Below are positions 37,055-45,168 of a DNA stretch of 45,168 nt, in pieces; within the stretch, counting starts at the first letter, position 1, and every line of letters begins with the position of its first letter. The DNA is taken from contig CAYGUN010000001.1 in the NCBI GenBank assembly GCA_964353025.1, forward strand, positions 1-45,168, given 5' to 3'. The notes under the pieces were generated by a model, which had not been told where the DNA came from, made no database searches, and saw only the letters and a program-made list of their open reading frames with translations. The position numbers and the translations under genes are program-made. Origin of the DNA: an uncultured Bacteriovoracaceae bacterium (lineage in GTDB: Bacteria > Bdellovibrionota > Bacteriovoracia > Bacteriovoracales > Bacteriovoracaceae).

Positions 37055-37656
37055 GCATCCTGATCTGAGTATTTATAGACTTTTGCACGGGCCCTGAAAA
37101 CTTCGATCCCTTTTTCAATATCAGTCATTCTGATATTAACCCTATACTCTTTAATTGTTTTTCCATTTCTCGTTTCTGGCTTCATATAAACATTTCCAAA
37201 AATGAGTAAATCAGCACCTGCCTGTTTTCCAACAGTTTTTGCTGTTTTAGGGTCAACCATTCCATCATTCTGATAAGTAATTTCACTTAAAATACGATCT
37301 CGAGCTTCAGCATCAACTAAAACAAATTCTCCACTTGCAGAGAGTTCATTGAGGAACTCATCGTTCAAATCACTTATAGGGAAATAAGCTTCTGCTGTTA
37401 AATTCTGAACTTCAGCAACAAAAAGTGAAGGTGTTCCACTTTTGTGTCTTCTTAGCCAATTCTTGTAACCTCTGTGAGTTGCAAGACCTTTTAATACTTC
37501 TTGAATGGCAATTTCTGTATCTTTGGCCACCCAATTATCAGTGATCTCCATGGCCTTTTCATCAGACTCTGCACCACCAACTCTTTTCGCTTTAAAACTT
37601 CCACATGAATTCAAAATGAATGCAAGTGGTAATAACCAAAATACTAATTTCTTCAT
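37042..37656 (-). CDS. LpoB-like (COG3417-type) outer-membrane lipoprotein
   Basis: Lipobox ILNSC. The pattern LFVAEVQNLT...FVLVDAEARD...AKTVGKQAGADLLIFGNVY...YRVNIRMTDIEKG parallels E. coli LpoB (LLVDSVNNRT...KFTLVS...ARNVGAHYVLYSS...LQMQLMLVQTGE). Confidence 0.6.
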   Translation of the reverse strand: MKKLVFWLLPLAFILNSCGSFKAKRVGGAESDEKAMEITDNWVAKDTEIAIQEVLKGLATHRGYKNWLRRHKSGTPSLFVAEVQNLTAEAYFPISDLNDEFLNELSASGEFVLVDAEARDRILSEITYQNDGMVDPKTAKTVGKQAGADLLIFGNVYMKPETRNGKTIKEYRVNIRMTDIEKGIEVFRARAKVYKYSDQDAWSL

Positions 37657-37670
37657 ATTACTTTCCTTAT

Positions 37671-38354
37671 TTAGATTAAACCTTTCTTTGCTTTCAACAT
37701 ATTTTCTTCTGCATTTTTCAAAGCATTTTTCACGTTTTCTTTAGTTGCAGGGTCTTCCACTTTATCCTCAATGATTTTAGAGGCCTTATCAAGTGCTGCC
37801 TGAATTCTTTCTTTTGGCATCCGAATTAAGACTGCACACGTATAACCAGTAAAATCTCTAGCAGCACCAAGTCTTTTTAAATACTTTCTTTTTTCCCAAT
37901 AAGTCTTTCTGATTTGTGCACCAATAATCAAACCTTGAACTTTTTCAGCTAAAGTATTTTCAACAAACTCTCTTAAAGCTTTCACTTCCGGGTTATTCTC
38001 ATCAATACTTGCTTCACCTTCTTGGGAGGTTGCTAAACTTTTGTCAATAAAAGTTGTAATCTCCCCAGCAATATCAGACTTCACGTTGGCCTTAGCCGCA
38101 TCACAAGCAAAGCCTCTATTTACTTTAGGTTCTGTCTCATAAGAAAAGTAACGATACTTAGATATATCTTTTTTATTTTCTTCGGCCCAAACTACTGAAT
38201 CTTGAATCCAAGCGGGTCTAATGGTTGAAGATGCGTCCCTGACTTCATAATCTTTTTTAATTGTTTCAGAGTTATCCACATCTTTTAAAGTTTTACTACT
38301 TGAGCAAGAGTACAAGAATGCTCCGACTAAAGATAATGTTAATAAATGTTTCAT
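37671..38354 (-). CDS. LPP20-family lipoprotein
   Basis: Lipobox FLYSC. RPAWIQDS...ACDAAKANVKSDIAGEITTFI is the LPP20-like pattern (P-x-W followed by A..A...A..i.). The C-terminus is helical. Confidence 0.6.
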   Translation of the reverse strand: MKHLLTLSLVGAFLYSCSSSKTLKDVDNSETIKKDYEVRDASSTIRPAWIQDSVVWAEENKKDISKYRYFSYETEPKVNRGFACDAAKANVKSDIAGEITTFIDKSLATSQEGEASIDENNPEVKALREFVENTLAEKVQGLIIGAQIRKTYWEKRKYLKRLGAARDFTGYTCAVLIRMPKERIQAALDKASKIIEDKVEDPATKENVKNALKNAEENMLKAKKGLI

Positions 38355-38372
38355 ATAAAAACCTCCTAAGTT

Positions 38373-39350
38373 TTAATCTATATTTAATTCATCTATATGT
38401 TCGTCTATATAATCTCTAATTTGAGAATCTACTTTTAAATAAGCATCTTCCTTTGAACGGCCGACTGAAACCTCTTTAAATGAAATTCCACCAACTTTTA
38501 CACCACGTTCATTTTTACTTACAAGGTAGAAAGTAATGGAATATTTTTCAAAACCTTTAACTTTCATAAATTCTTTTTTTTGCTTAATACTCCCAACGAT
38601 TTTTATGTCAAATTTATCATCTTCTTTTACCACTTCATGACCAAACCCTGTAAGCATGGCCTCTAAATGCTCGACCGTTTCTTCTGAAATTTCAGTATCT
38701 ATTCCAATGGCTATTTTTTTAGCTGCGGAGCTTTTACCAAATTGAATTTCTTTAATATCTGCAAGCGACACTATTTGTTTCTTAGGGCTTCCTCTTAGAA
38801 ATGCGTATCTTTCATTAATTCGAGCACGCAACTCATAAAGAGAGTACATCTTCTTTAAAGTACTTCTCTTACCTCTTTTCTTATAATCAGCTAATTTATC
38901 ATCAATATCAGCAATTTCTTTTTCTAGTTTTTTCCAGGCCTTTACTTTATCTAAGATGGCCAATGCGAAATAGACGTTTTCTACTTGATGGCGATGCTTT
39001 ATTTCAACACCTTCAAGTATCAAGTCGATCTTTTCTGTTACTTGGATAGAGAGTTCTTCTTGTACCTTTGGATCTTCTAGCTCAATAGAACCACTGGATG
39101 AAGAGTATGAATTTGACTCTGATGTGATCTGAGTTTCGAAAATGGCAGCAATAGATTTTCTAGCATTTAAATCGGCAAGGTAAAGACTTTCGCCTTCTCC
39201 TGAAGCGCACATCTCAGTCGCATCAGAACAGCTCTCCATTGGAGAATAGACCCAGCTGGGCACGTCTTCATCCGAGCCACTATAGCTCTTCTTGCTTACT
39301 GAGCAAGTAGATATAAAAAAGGTCAATAAAATCAAAAGGATAGCTTGCAT
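38373..39350 (-). CDS. LPP20-family lipoprotein (first gene of operon)
   Basis: Lipobox FISTC. PSWVYSP....GEGESLYLADLNARKSIAAIFETQITSES matches the LPP20 domain pattern. A C-terminal domain of about 130 aa is additional. Confidence 0.65.
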   Translation of the reverse strand: MQAILLILLTFFISTCSVSKKSYSGSDEDVPSWVYSPMESCSDATEMCASGEGESLYLADLNARKSIAAIFETQITSESNSYSSSSGSIELEDPKVQEELSIQVTEKIDLILEGVEIKHRHQVENVYFALAILDKVKAWKKLEKEIADIDDKLADYKKRGKRSTLKKMYSLYELRARINERYAFLRGSPKKQIVSLADIKEIQFGKSSAAKKIAIGIDTEISEETVEHLEAMLTGFGHEVVKEDDKFDIKIVGSIKQKKEFMKVKGFEKYSITFYLVSKNERGVKVGGISFKEVSVGRSKEDAYLKVDSQIRDYIDEHIDELNID

Positions 39351-39522
39351 AAAAAACTCTCGTTTCCACGATATTTTATATAGTGTCCTATTCTAAGTAA
39401 AAGCACAGCAGAGGAAAACTAAAAAGAGCTTGACGCGAAGCGAAAAACGTTCTTTAACCTAATCTTAATAGATACTTAGCTATAAGTTTGATATAAATTT
39501 CAGCAAAAGACTGAGGTAAATT

Positions 39523-40245
39523 ATGGACACGACAGATTTTATTGCTGCAAAGGGTAAGAAACCCAGGGTTATGCTTGTTGAAGACGAGCAGGATATAAGG
39601 GATCTTATTACCATCCAACTTGAAACTCAGGGGCTTAATGTCTACCCCATAGAAAATGGAACAAAGGCCCTAACAGAAATCTCATTAAATAATCACTACG
39701 ATCTTTTTATTATTGATTGGATGCTACCTGGTATCAGTGGAATAGAACTTTGTAAGGCCATTAGAAAAAATAATCTATTAAAAGAAACCCCTGTTCTGAT
39801 GGTAACGGCCCTCACTCAATCAGAAAACATTGTAGCAGGTCTAGACGCCGGTGCGGATGACTATGTGACCAAGCCATTTGATATGAACGTCCTGCAAGCA
39901 AGGGTCAGATCACAACTCAGAAGGAAAAGTACGACCGCTTTATCAAATACATTATTAGAATTTGATTGCTTAAAGCTTGATGTTAATAAATGTCTCATTG
40001 AAGTTGAAGGAGAAAGTATTCACCTTACTTCTACGGAGTTTCGAATCCTGAGTATTTTAGCAACAAAGCCTGGCCATGTTTTTACTAGAGAGCAACTTAT
40101 CAGCCAAATTCAAGGACAGAATGTGCATGTCACTAGCAGAACTGTTGATACCCATGTTGCAGGACTCAGGAAAAAAATGGATAAGGCCTCCCATTTGATT
40201 GAAACCATCAGGGGAATTGGTTACAGATTTAAGGATTATGAGTAA
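39523..40245 (+). CDS. OmpR/PhoB-family response regulator
   Basis: Receiver domain (VMLVEDEQD, phospho-acceptor context LFIIDWMLPG, KPF) plus a winged-helix output domain (LTSTEFRIL, VDTHVAGLRKK, IRGIGYRF). Confidence 0.92.
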   Translation: MDTTDFIAAKGKKPRVMLVEDEQDIRDLITIQLETQGLNVYPIENGTKALTEISLNNHYDLFIIDWMLPGISGIELCKAIRKNNLLKETPVLMVTALTQSENIVAGLDAGADDYVTKPFDMNVLQARVRSQLRRKSTTALSNTLLEFDCLKLDVNKCLIEVEGESIHLTSTEFRILSILATKPGHVFTREQLISQIQGQNVHVTSRTVDTHVAGLRKKMDKASHLIETIRGIGYRFKDYE

Positions 40246-42031
40246 CAAAGGGGGGAATTTCCCTTGGCACTTTTTTTATAGTTCTGCAAAGTTTCACGGG
40301 CTCGTTCTTGCGATTTCTATTATTTCAACTGTCATTGTCTATCGCTACTATTTAAGAAAAGGATTTATTAACCAAATTCAAGATGAGGTTCAGACTTCTC
40401 TAGTCATCCTTCAACAATCTTTCCAAAAAGCTGATATTAATTTTTTAAAATGGTGTCAGAATATACCTGCAGATAAAAATGTTCGTTATAGCATCATTGA
40501 AAAAGATGGAACTATTATCTGTGACAGCATGGTTGATATAAAAAAGCTTAGTGGTAATAATAAGAGACCTGAAATTCAAAGAGCATTAAAAAATGGCAGT
40601 GGAACCAGTTTTCGTTATAGCGAAACACTAAGAAAAGAAATGATATATGGGGCCAGTATCATTTCATGGCTTGATTCGGGTGTAAAAAGAGAAGCTGTTT
40701 TAAGAAAAGCAGTCCCTGTTGAAAAATTACAAAGCAGTATTTCAGCCATTGATAAATCCATCTTACTTGTTGCTCCTACTCTATTTATTGTCATCTATTT
40801 AGTCTTACTCTGGTCTATGCTCAATGTATCAAGACCTATAAATAAAGTCCTTAATCAAATTTCAGAAATGGAGAGAAAACTGCCTTTCCATGTAAAGTTG
40901 AAGCTCATTTACAAACGTGATGAGTGGTCACAAATTTATGAGGCACTCAAACAAGCTGAAGAGAATATCGAATATCAACTCAATCTCATTAATGATGAAA
41001 ATGAGAAGACTGCGACACTTCTGGAATCTATTACCGATGCCATCTTTGCAGTGGACATTCATCAGAGTTCTTTGTTTTTTAACAATAAGTTTGAAACTCA
41101 GTTTATTAAGAAAAAAACAGATGCAATCGTGACAGAGAATATAAAACTATGGAAAGTAATAGAGGGAAAGAAGATTACTAAGGCCTATGAAGATGCTCTT
41201 AAAATGGGAAAATCAACTATATCAAGGGGCCATACTTTCGATAGGAAAGATCAATATTTCGATATTTCAGTTACTCCTCTACAAAACAGGAAAAAAGAAA
41301 TCATTGGAGCTGTTGGTGTTTTTAGAGATGTTACTGAATCAAAACTTACGGAACAAATGCGAGTCGATTTTATTGCTAATGTTTCTCATGAAATTAGAAC
41401 TCCTCTAACATCGGTTAAAGGTTTTGCTCAAGTTCTTGAAAGCCAAAAAGAGAATATTGCAGAAAAATTCCACCCTTATATTGAAAGAATTATTTTAAAC
41501 TCGGAAAGAATGAATAGTTTATTCAATGACTTGCTTAATCTTTCAGTCATTGAGTCACAAAACCAGGTTGAATTCAGTGAAATAAACCTCATCAAACTTA
41601 TATCTGGAATTAAAGATAGTTTAAAACAAGTGTATTCGAAAAAAGAACTAGATATTAAATATGAGCTTGAAGTTGAAAGTATCAATGCAGATAAAAAACT
41701 TTTTGAGCAAGCTCTCATTAACTTGATTGATAATGCTTGCAAATATACCTACGAAAACACTGAAATCAAAGTTTCAAGTTTTAAAGAAGGTAATGACGTT
41801 GTCATCACTGTATCCGATCAAGGACCCGGTATTTCCAAAGAACATATCCAACGAATTTTTGAACGCTTCTATCGCATAGAGGATTCACGTGCAAGAACAA
41901 CTGGAGGAACAGGACTTGGCCTATCTATTGTTAAACATATTATTAACAAGCATGGAGGAAGTGTTTGGGCCAAAAGTGGGCCTGAGAATGGGACTATCTT
42001 TTTTATCAAAATACCTAACAGAGCTGTCTAG
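40238..42031 (+). CDS. PAS-domain sensor histidine kinase (PhoR-like architecture)
   Basis: The ATG at 40238 overlaps the regulator stop (ATGAGTAA). Two TM segments flank a loop of about 140 aa. A PAS-like region, H-box FIANVSHEIRTPLTSVKGF, N box LIDNACKYT and G boxes DQGPGIS / GGTGLGLSIV follow. Confidence 0.9.
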   Translation: MSNKGGNFPWHFFYSSAKFHGLVLAISIISTVIVYRYYLRKGFINQIQDEVQTSLVILQQSFQKADINFLKWCQNIPADKNVRYSIIEKDGTIICDSMVDIKKLSGNNKRPEIQRALKNGSGTSFRYSETLRKEMIYGASIISWLDSGVKREAVLRKAVPVEKLQSSISAIDKSILLVAPTLFIVIYLVLLWSMLNVSRPINKVLNQISEMERKLPFHVKLKLIYKRDEWSQIYEALKQAEENIEYQLNLINDENEKTATLLESITDAIFAVDIHQSSLFFNNKFETQFIKKKTDAIVTENIKLWKVIEGKKITKAYEDALKMGKSTISRGHTFDRKDQYFDISVTPLQNRKKEIIGAVGVFRDVTESKLTEQMRVDFIANVSHEIRTPLTSVKGFAQVLESQKENIAEKFHPYIERIILNSERMNSLFNDLLNLSVIESQNQVEFSEINLIKLISGIKDSLKQVYSKKELDIKYELEVESINADKKLFEQALINLIDNACKYTYENTEIKVSSFKEGNDVVITVSDQGPGISKEHIQRIFERFYRIEDSRARTTGGTGLGLSIVKHIINKHGGSVWAKSGPENGTIFFIKIPNRAV

Positions 42032-43686
42032 AAAAGAAATTCGACACTACTAGTAATTACTGTTTTATTATAAACAAAAGTATCTACGGATGAGTCTGAC
42101 TTGGTATAACTTATGCCTAAATTCCCTCTCATGGTTTTATTAAAAACTCTTGTTAGTTTTAAAGAGGGAGTTAAAGTTGATTCACTACCTACTGCCGTTG
42201 AACTATTTGGGTAGCTCAGTTTTGAATAGGCAATACCAATAGAAGGGGTTGCATAATCAAATAAACGAGGAGTAATTAAATTAAAACTAAAGCTGAATGT
42301 ATTTGTATCATTGGTCATTCCACCTGTTTCAAACTCAAGCATGCCATAACTGGATGATAAAAGAAGTAGGTAGCCTTGTTCAAAATTTAAAACTTGCTCA
42401 AAAGAAAGTGTCTTAGTTGTGTTATCACTATCTGCCTTATTACTATCTAATGATTTATAGCGAAATCTAAAGATAGACTCTCCTCCACTAAAATAATTAA
42501 AACGCTCTCCAAGCATAAAAGTTTGAGAGACTGAGTTATCATCATTTCCGTCAGCATCAGAGTCTCCCTTGAGTTGAGTTTTATTATACTCAAAATCAAA
42601 TAAAAATGATGCTGGTTTCCCCCACATCCAATGCTCTTGAGCAGTTCTTAGTGCTGGAGTATAGGTGTAATTAACAAGATCTTGAATACCTGTGGCAGAA
42701 TTAGTGTAGTGAGTATAATTGGCCCTGAGTTCTGGAGCAAGACTCACTGAATTCCCAGCATAATAAACCCTTCTGATATAACCATCTGTCCGAGTATATA
42801 GAGTTGATCCTTTTGCATCTGCATTCTCTTGTCCTGCAGCGTTTTGACCTGTGACATTTGTATCATGTCCTATTTCTTGAGTAAGCTTAATAAACCTTCT
42901 TGGAAATATAGTGGGGCGCCCATTTCTCATCTTTAGTAAGATGAGACCATACTTATCTTTTACGGTGAGCATTTTTCGTCTTATATCACGAGAGAGAATC
43001 GAATCAGGATCAAAGATAAGAGCGTTTTCAAATTCTGATAAAACTCTCTTTTGTAAAAAAGCCACTTGGTCTTCTTGCTTATCAACTGCGGTTAAGTAGA
43101 TATCCGCCACCTGCATTCGAGAGGCCTGTAAAACAGATTCTTTTTCAGGATCCTTTAATCTTTCTATTCGTCTGTAGACTTTAACTGCAAGTCTAAAATC
43201 TCTTAAAGTCTGAGAAATAAAGGCCACGTAATACAAAGAGACAGCAGGCCTATAATTATTAAGAGCAGAGCGCATAAAGAGATCACGAGATTTCTTTAAT
43301 TCATTCAAAGCATATAAGCTTTGAGCAAATTCATAGTAGATATCCTCTGGTGTGTATTCATATTTAAAGGCCATGGCAAAACTATTTTTAGAACTCTCAA
43401 AGTCTTGCACTCTGTTATAGATGACACCTCTCCAATAAGAGATAAGACCTAATAACTTGTCTTTGTTTTGACCTTGATATTCCTTTTCTAATTTATCTAT
43501 AAGGTTTAAGGCCCCTTCATAGCTTCCGCTCTTATACCTGGTGTAAACTTCAACTAAGGTTTCTCTGGATTTTGCATTGAGTTTAATAGATTCGGCCACA
43601 TTCTTTTGCGAATCTGGGGTCATGCCATAAACAAAAACTGGCAATAAAAAAATTAAAACGAGTGTTACTAATTTATTACTCAACAT
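42028..43686 (-). CDS. Outer-membrane protein: N-terminal TPR-like repeats plus C-terminal beta-barrel-like region
   Basis: Signal peptide MLSNKLVTLVLIFLLPVFVYG and TPR-like helices (YEGALNLIDKL, YYEFAQSLYAL, etc.). The C-terminal half has alternating aromatic/polar strands and ends in ...SSVEFLF, the terminal-Phe OMP signature. Confidence 0.6.
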   Translation of the reverse strand: MLSNKLVTLVLIFLLPVFVYGMTPDSQKNVAESIKLNAKSRETLVEVYTRYKSGSYEGALNLIDKLEKEYQGQNKDKLLGLISYWRGVIYNRVQDFESSKNSFAMAFKYEYTPEDIYYEFAQSLYALNELKKSRDLFMRSALNNYRPAVSLYYVAFISQTLRDFRLAVKVYRRIERLKDPEKESVLQASRMQVADIYLTAVDKQEDQVAFLQKRVLSEFENALIFDPDSILSRDIRRKMLTVKDKYGLILLKMRNGRPTIFPRRFIKLTQEIGHDTNVTGQNAAGQENADAKGSTLYTRTDGYIRRVYYAGNSVSLAPELRANYTHYTNSATGIQDLVNYTYTPALRTAQEHWMWGKPASFLFDFEYNKTQLKGDSDADGNDDNSVSQTFMLGERFNYFSGGESIFRFRYKSLDSNKADSDNTTKTLSFEQVLNFEQGYLLLLSSSYGMLEFETGGMTNDTNTFSFSFNLITPRLFDYATPSIGIAYSKLSYPNSSTAVGSESTLTPSLKLTRVFNKTMRGNLGISYTKSDSSVDTFVYNKTVITSSVEFLF

Positions 43687-43698
43687 ACCTAATATAAA

Positions 43699-43720
43699 AG
43701 GGGAAGGTTAACCTTCCCCT
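43699..43720 (-). terminator. Perfect 11-bp-stem palindrome (terminator/attenuator) between the FecR-like gene and the OMP gene
   Basis: AGGGGAAGGTT/AACCTTCCCCT. On the minus strand it is followed by TTTATATT and then, 12 nt later, the ATG of the OMP gene. Confidence 0.6.
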
Positions 43721-43745
43721 ATTATATCAAGAATTTAAAATACTT

Positions 43746-45095
43746 CTATTGAACTTGAATATTAAATCTAATTACCGTATTGTTTTGGTCGGGTGCAGTT
43801 GGATTGTAGCCCGTATTGTTTTGCTGATTAGAAAAGTCGTTTAACCCATCCTGAACAAAGCCTCCGTTCATAACATCATTACCGTTTGGAGGAGGAGGTC
43901 CATTAGTCCCTAGCAGTGGTTCTCCATTAGCACCAATTGGAGGAGGACCTTCAGCTAATAAGGTCATATTGTCGGCTCCACCTAATACTGGAGAAGGAGC
44001 TTCTTGCACAGTTTGACTTCCATCTTCGGCGGTAATCATAATCTTTCCATCTTCTGTTATCTGTACATCATCACCAGGAGGAGTATAATCTCCATCCACT
44101 GATAAAATAGTTAAATCACCTGAGGAGACATAAGAATTAGTGTTTTTATCCAACTCACTATTTTCCTTTGGAGGGATGATAACCCCTGTCTCAATATGGA
44201 CAATAGAGCCATTGGCAGGCTTCATATTTCCTTCTTTTACGAAACCATTGGCATCTCTTTTTTGATTTTCGCCTGCTTTTATAACCTCATTTTTAGCTAT
44301 TTGCTGAACACCGCTATCAATCCCCTTCGCCTCATTAGCGACGACTGCGCCATTTAAACCAGGCGGAACAACAGAGTTAACTGGTTTTTTCACACTTGCT
44401 GGAGCTCTCGTAACATCCTTCTTGGACTGATCCTTTTTCTCTTTCCCCATATTTCTATTAGATGTCAGAAGCTCTCTTTGCTTAATATTAATAACAGCAG
44501 GGACAGATGGTGCTCTCAATTCAGGTTTTGAAACAGAGAACTCCCCTGGATATAGTGTCACAGAGTTATTAATTACTGAATTTTTGACTTGCTCATAATT
44601 TGCCCCAGGTCCAACTTTAGCAAAGGCCACCTCTCCTTCGAGAAGAACAGCAGTCGTTGTATTGTTTCCTGGATTGAAAGAGTAGATAAAATCAGTTCCT
44701 CTGATACCCATGGCCGCAGATTTAGATTTTACATATAGCTTATCTCTTTCATCTTTTCCTATCTCTAAATAATCCTTTGTAACTTGAGAGCGAATTTCCC
44801 CCTTCACAACAGAGAGAAGACCTGGTTTATTACGGGAAAATTGTTCGATTTTCATCTCTGACTTAGGCCCAACATTGACGACCGAATTATCAATAAATCT
44901 AAGTTGCGCAAAACTTCCAGCTTCAGTGTGAATCACTGTACCTTCAATTATTTTTTCTCCATTTTTCTTAATGGGAGTTTTCTGGCCACCGTCGGTTTGT
45001 TGAAAAACCTGGCCTCGAAACATCTTCACCACAGCAACCATTTTGCTGGCAAAAGTTGAAGTCGAAATAATTGTCAATAATACTAAAGTTTTCAT
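43746..45095 (-). CDS. FecR-domain secreted protein with Pro/Gly/Asn-rich C-terminal region
   Basis: Signal peptide MKTLVLLTIISTSTFA. FecR-like beta-sandwich pattern (VKMFRGQVF....GEKIIEGTVIHTEAGSFAQLRFIDNSVVNVGPKSEMKIE.F). Low-complexity tail (GPPPIGANGEPLLGTNGPPPPNGN). Confidence 0.65.
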   Translation of the reverse strand: MKTLVLLTIISTSTFASKMVAVVKMFRGQVFQQTDGGQKTPIKKNGEKIIEGTVIHTEAGSFAQLRFIDNSVVNVGPKSEMKIEQFSRNKPGLLSVVKGEIRSQVTKDYLEIGKDERDKLYVKSKSAAMGIRGTDFIYSFNPGNNTTTAVLLEGEVAFAKVGPGANYEQVKNSVINNSVTLYPGEFSVSKPELRAPSVPAVINIKQRELLTSNRNMGKEKKDQSKKDVTRAPASVKKPVNSVVPPGLNGAVVANEAKGIDSGVQQIAKNEVIKAGENQKRDANGFVKEGNMKPANGSIVHIETGVIIPPKENSELDKNTNSYVSSGDLTILSVDGDYTPPGDDVQITEDGKIMITAEDGSQTVQEAPSPVLGGADNMTLLAEGPPPIGANGEPLLGTNGPPPPNGNDVMNGGFVQDGLNDFSNQQNNTGYNPTAPDQNNTVIRFNIQVQ

Positions 45096-45168
45096 AATGT
45101 TCTCTTTATATAGTCGGCTCTTGGCCTTCGATTCTTAAATTAACACTTATATTAGAGGTCATTTGGTC

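Noticed and set aside
1-45168. Search for CRISPR arrays, tRNA/rRNA genes, IS elements, transposases, integrases, phage genes or toxin-antitoxin pairs
   Set aside because: No spaced repeats, no cloverleaf-capable or rRNA-like stretches in the short intergenic regions, and no ORF with DDE, tyrosine-recombinase or serine-recombinase motifs were seen.

Overview
AT-rich chromosomal segment from a Gram-negative bacterium, densely coded. Lineage cannot be verified from sequence alone. The Kdo/LPS genes, many Sec- or lipobox-bearing orphan proteins and the low GC are compatible with a Bdellovibrio-like or Bacteriovoracaceae-type organism.

Recognisable housekeeping genes:
- dsbD (5' partial), gpsA, a Sua5/TsaC-type gene, purB, ettA, an RlmI-like methyltransferase, fadD and a sodium:solute symporter.
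- A kdsB-pyrG-kdsA-kdsC operon.
- A three-gene ABC-2 transporter.
- An isolated nuoB-C-D-I block.
- An OmpR/PhoB-PhoR-like two-component pair.

Items worth a second look:
1. A reduced, atypical Flp/Tad-like pilus locus. Its 58-codon pilin gene is absent from the ORF track, and a possible platform protein is displaced behind ettA.
2. A diverged, frameshifted second copy of the kdsC 3' end. Together with the intact gene it brackets a 1.75-kb single-gene insert, an att-like integration scar.
3. A glycogen-synthase-like GT5 gene broken by one in-frame TAA.
4. An S26 signal-peptidase-like protein with Gly at the nucleophile position, fused to Hcp/Sel1-type Cys repeats and placed directly after nuoI.
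5. A four-lipoprotein operon.

I found no rRNA, tRNA, CRISPR array, transposase or integrase.
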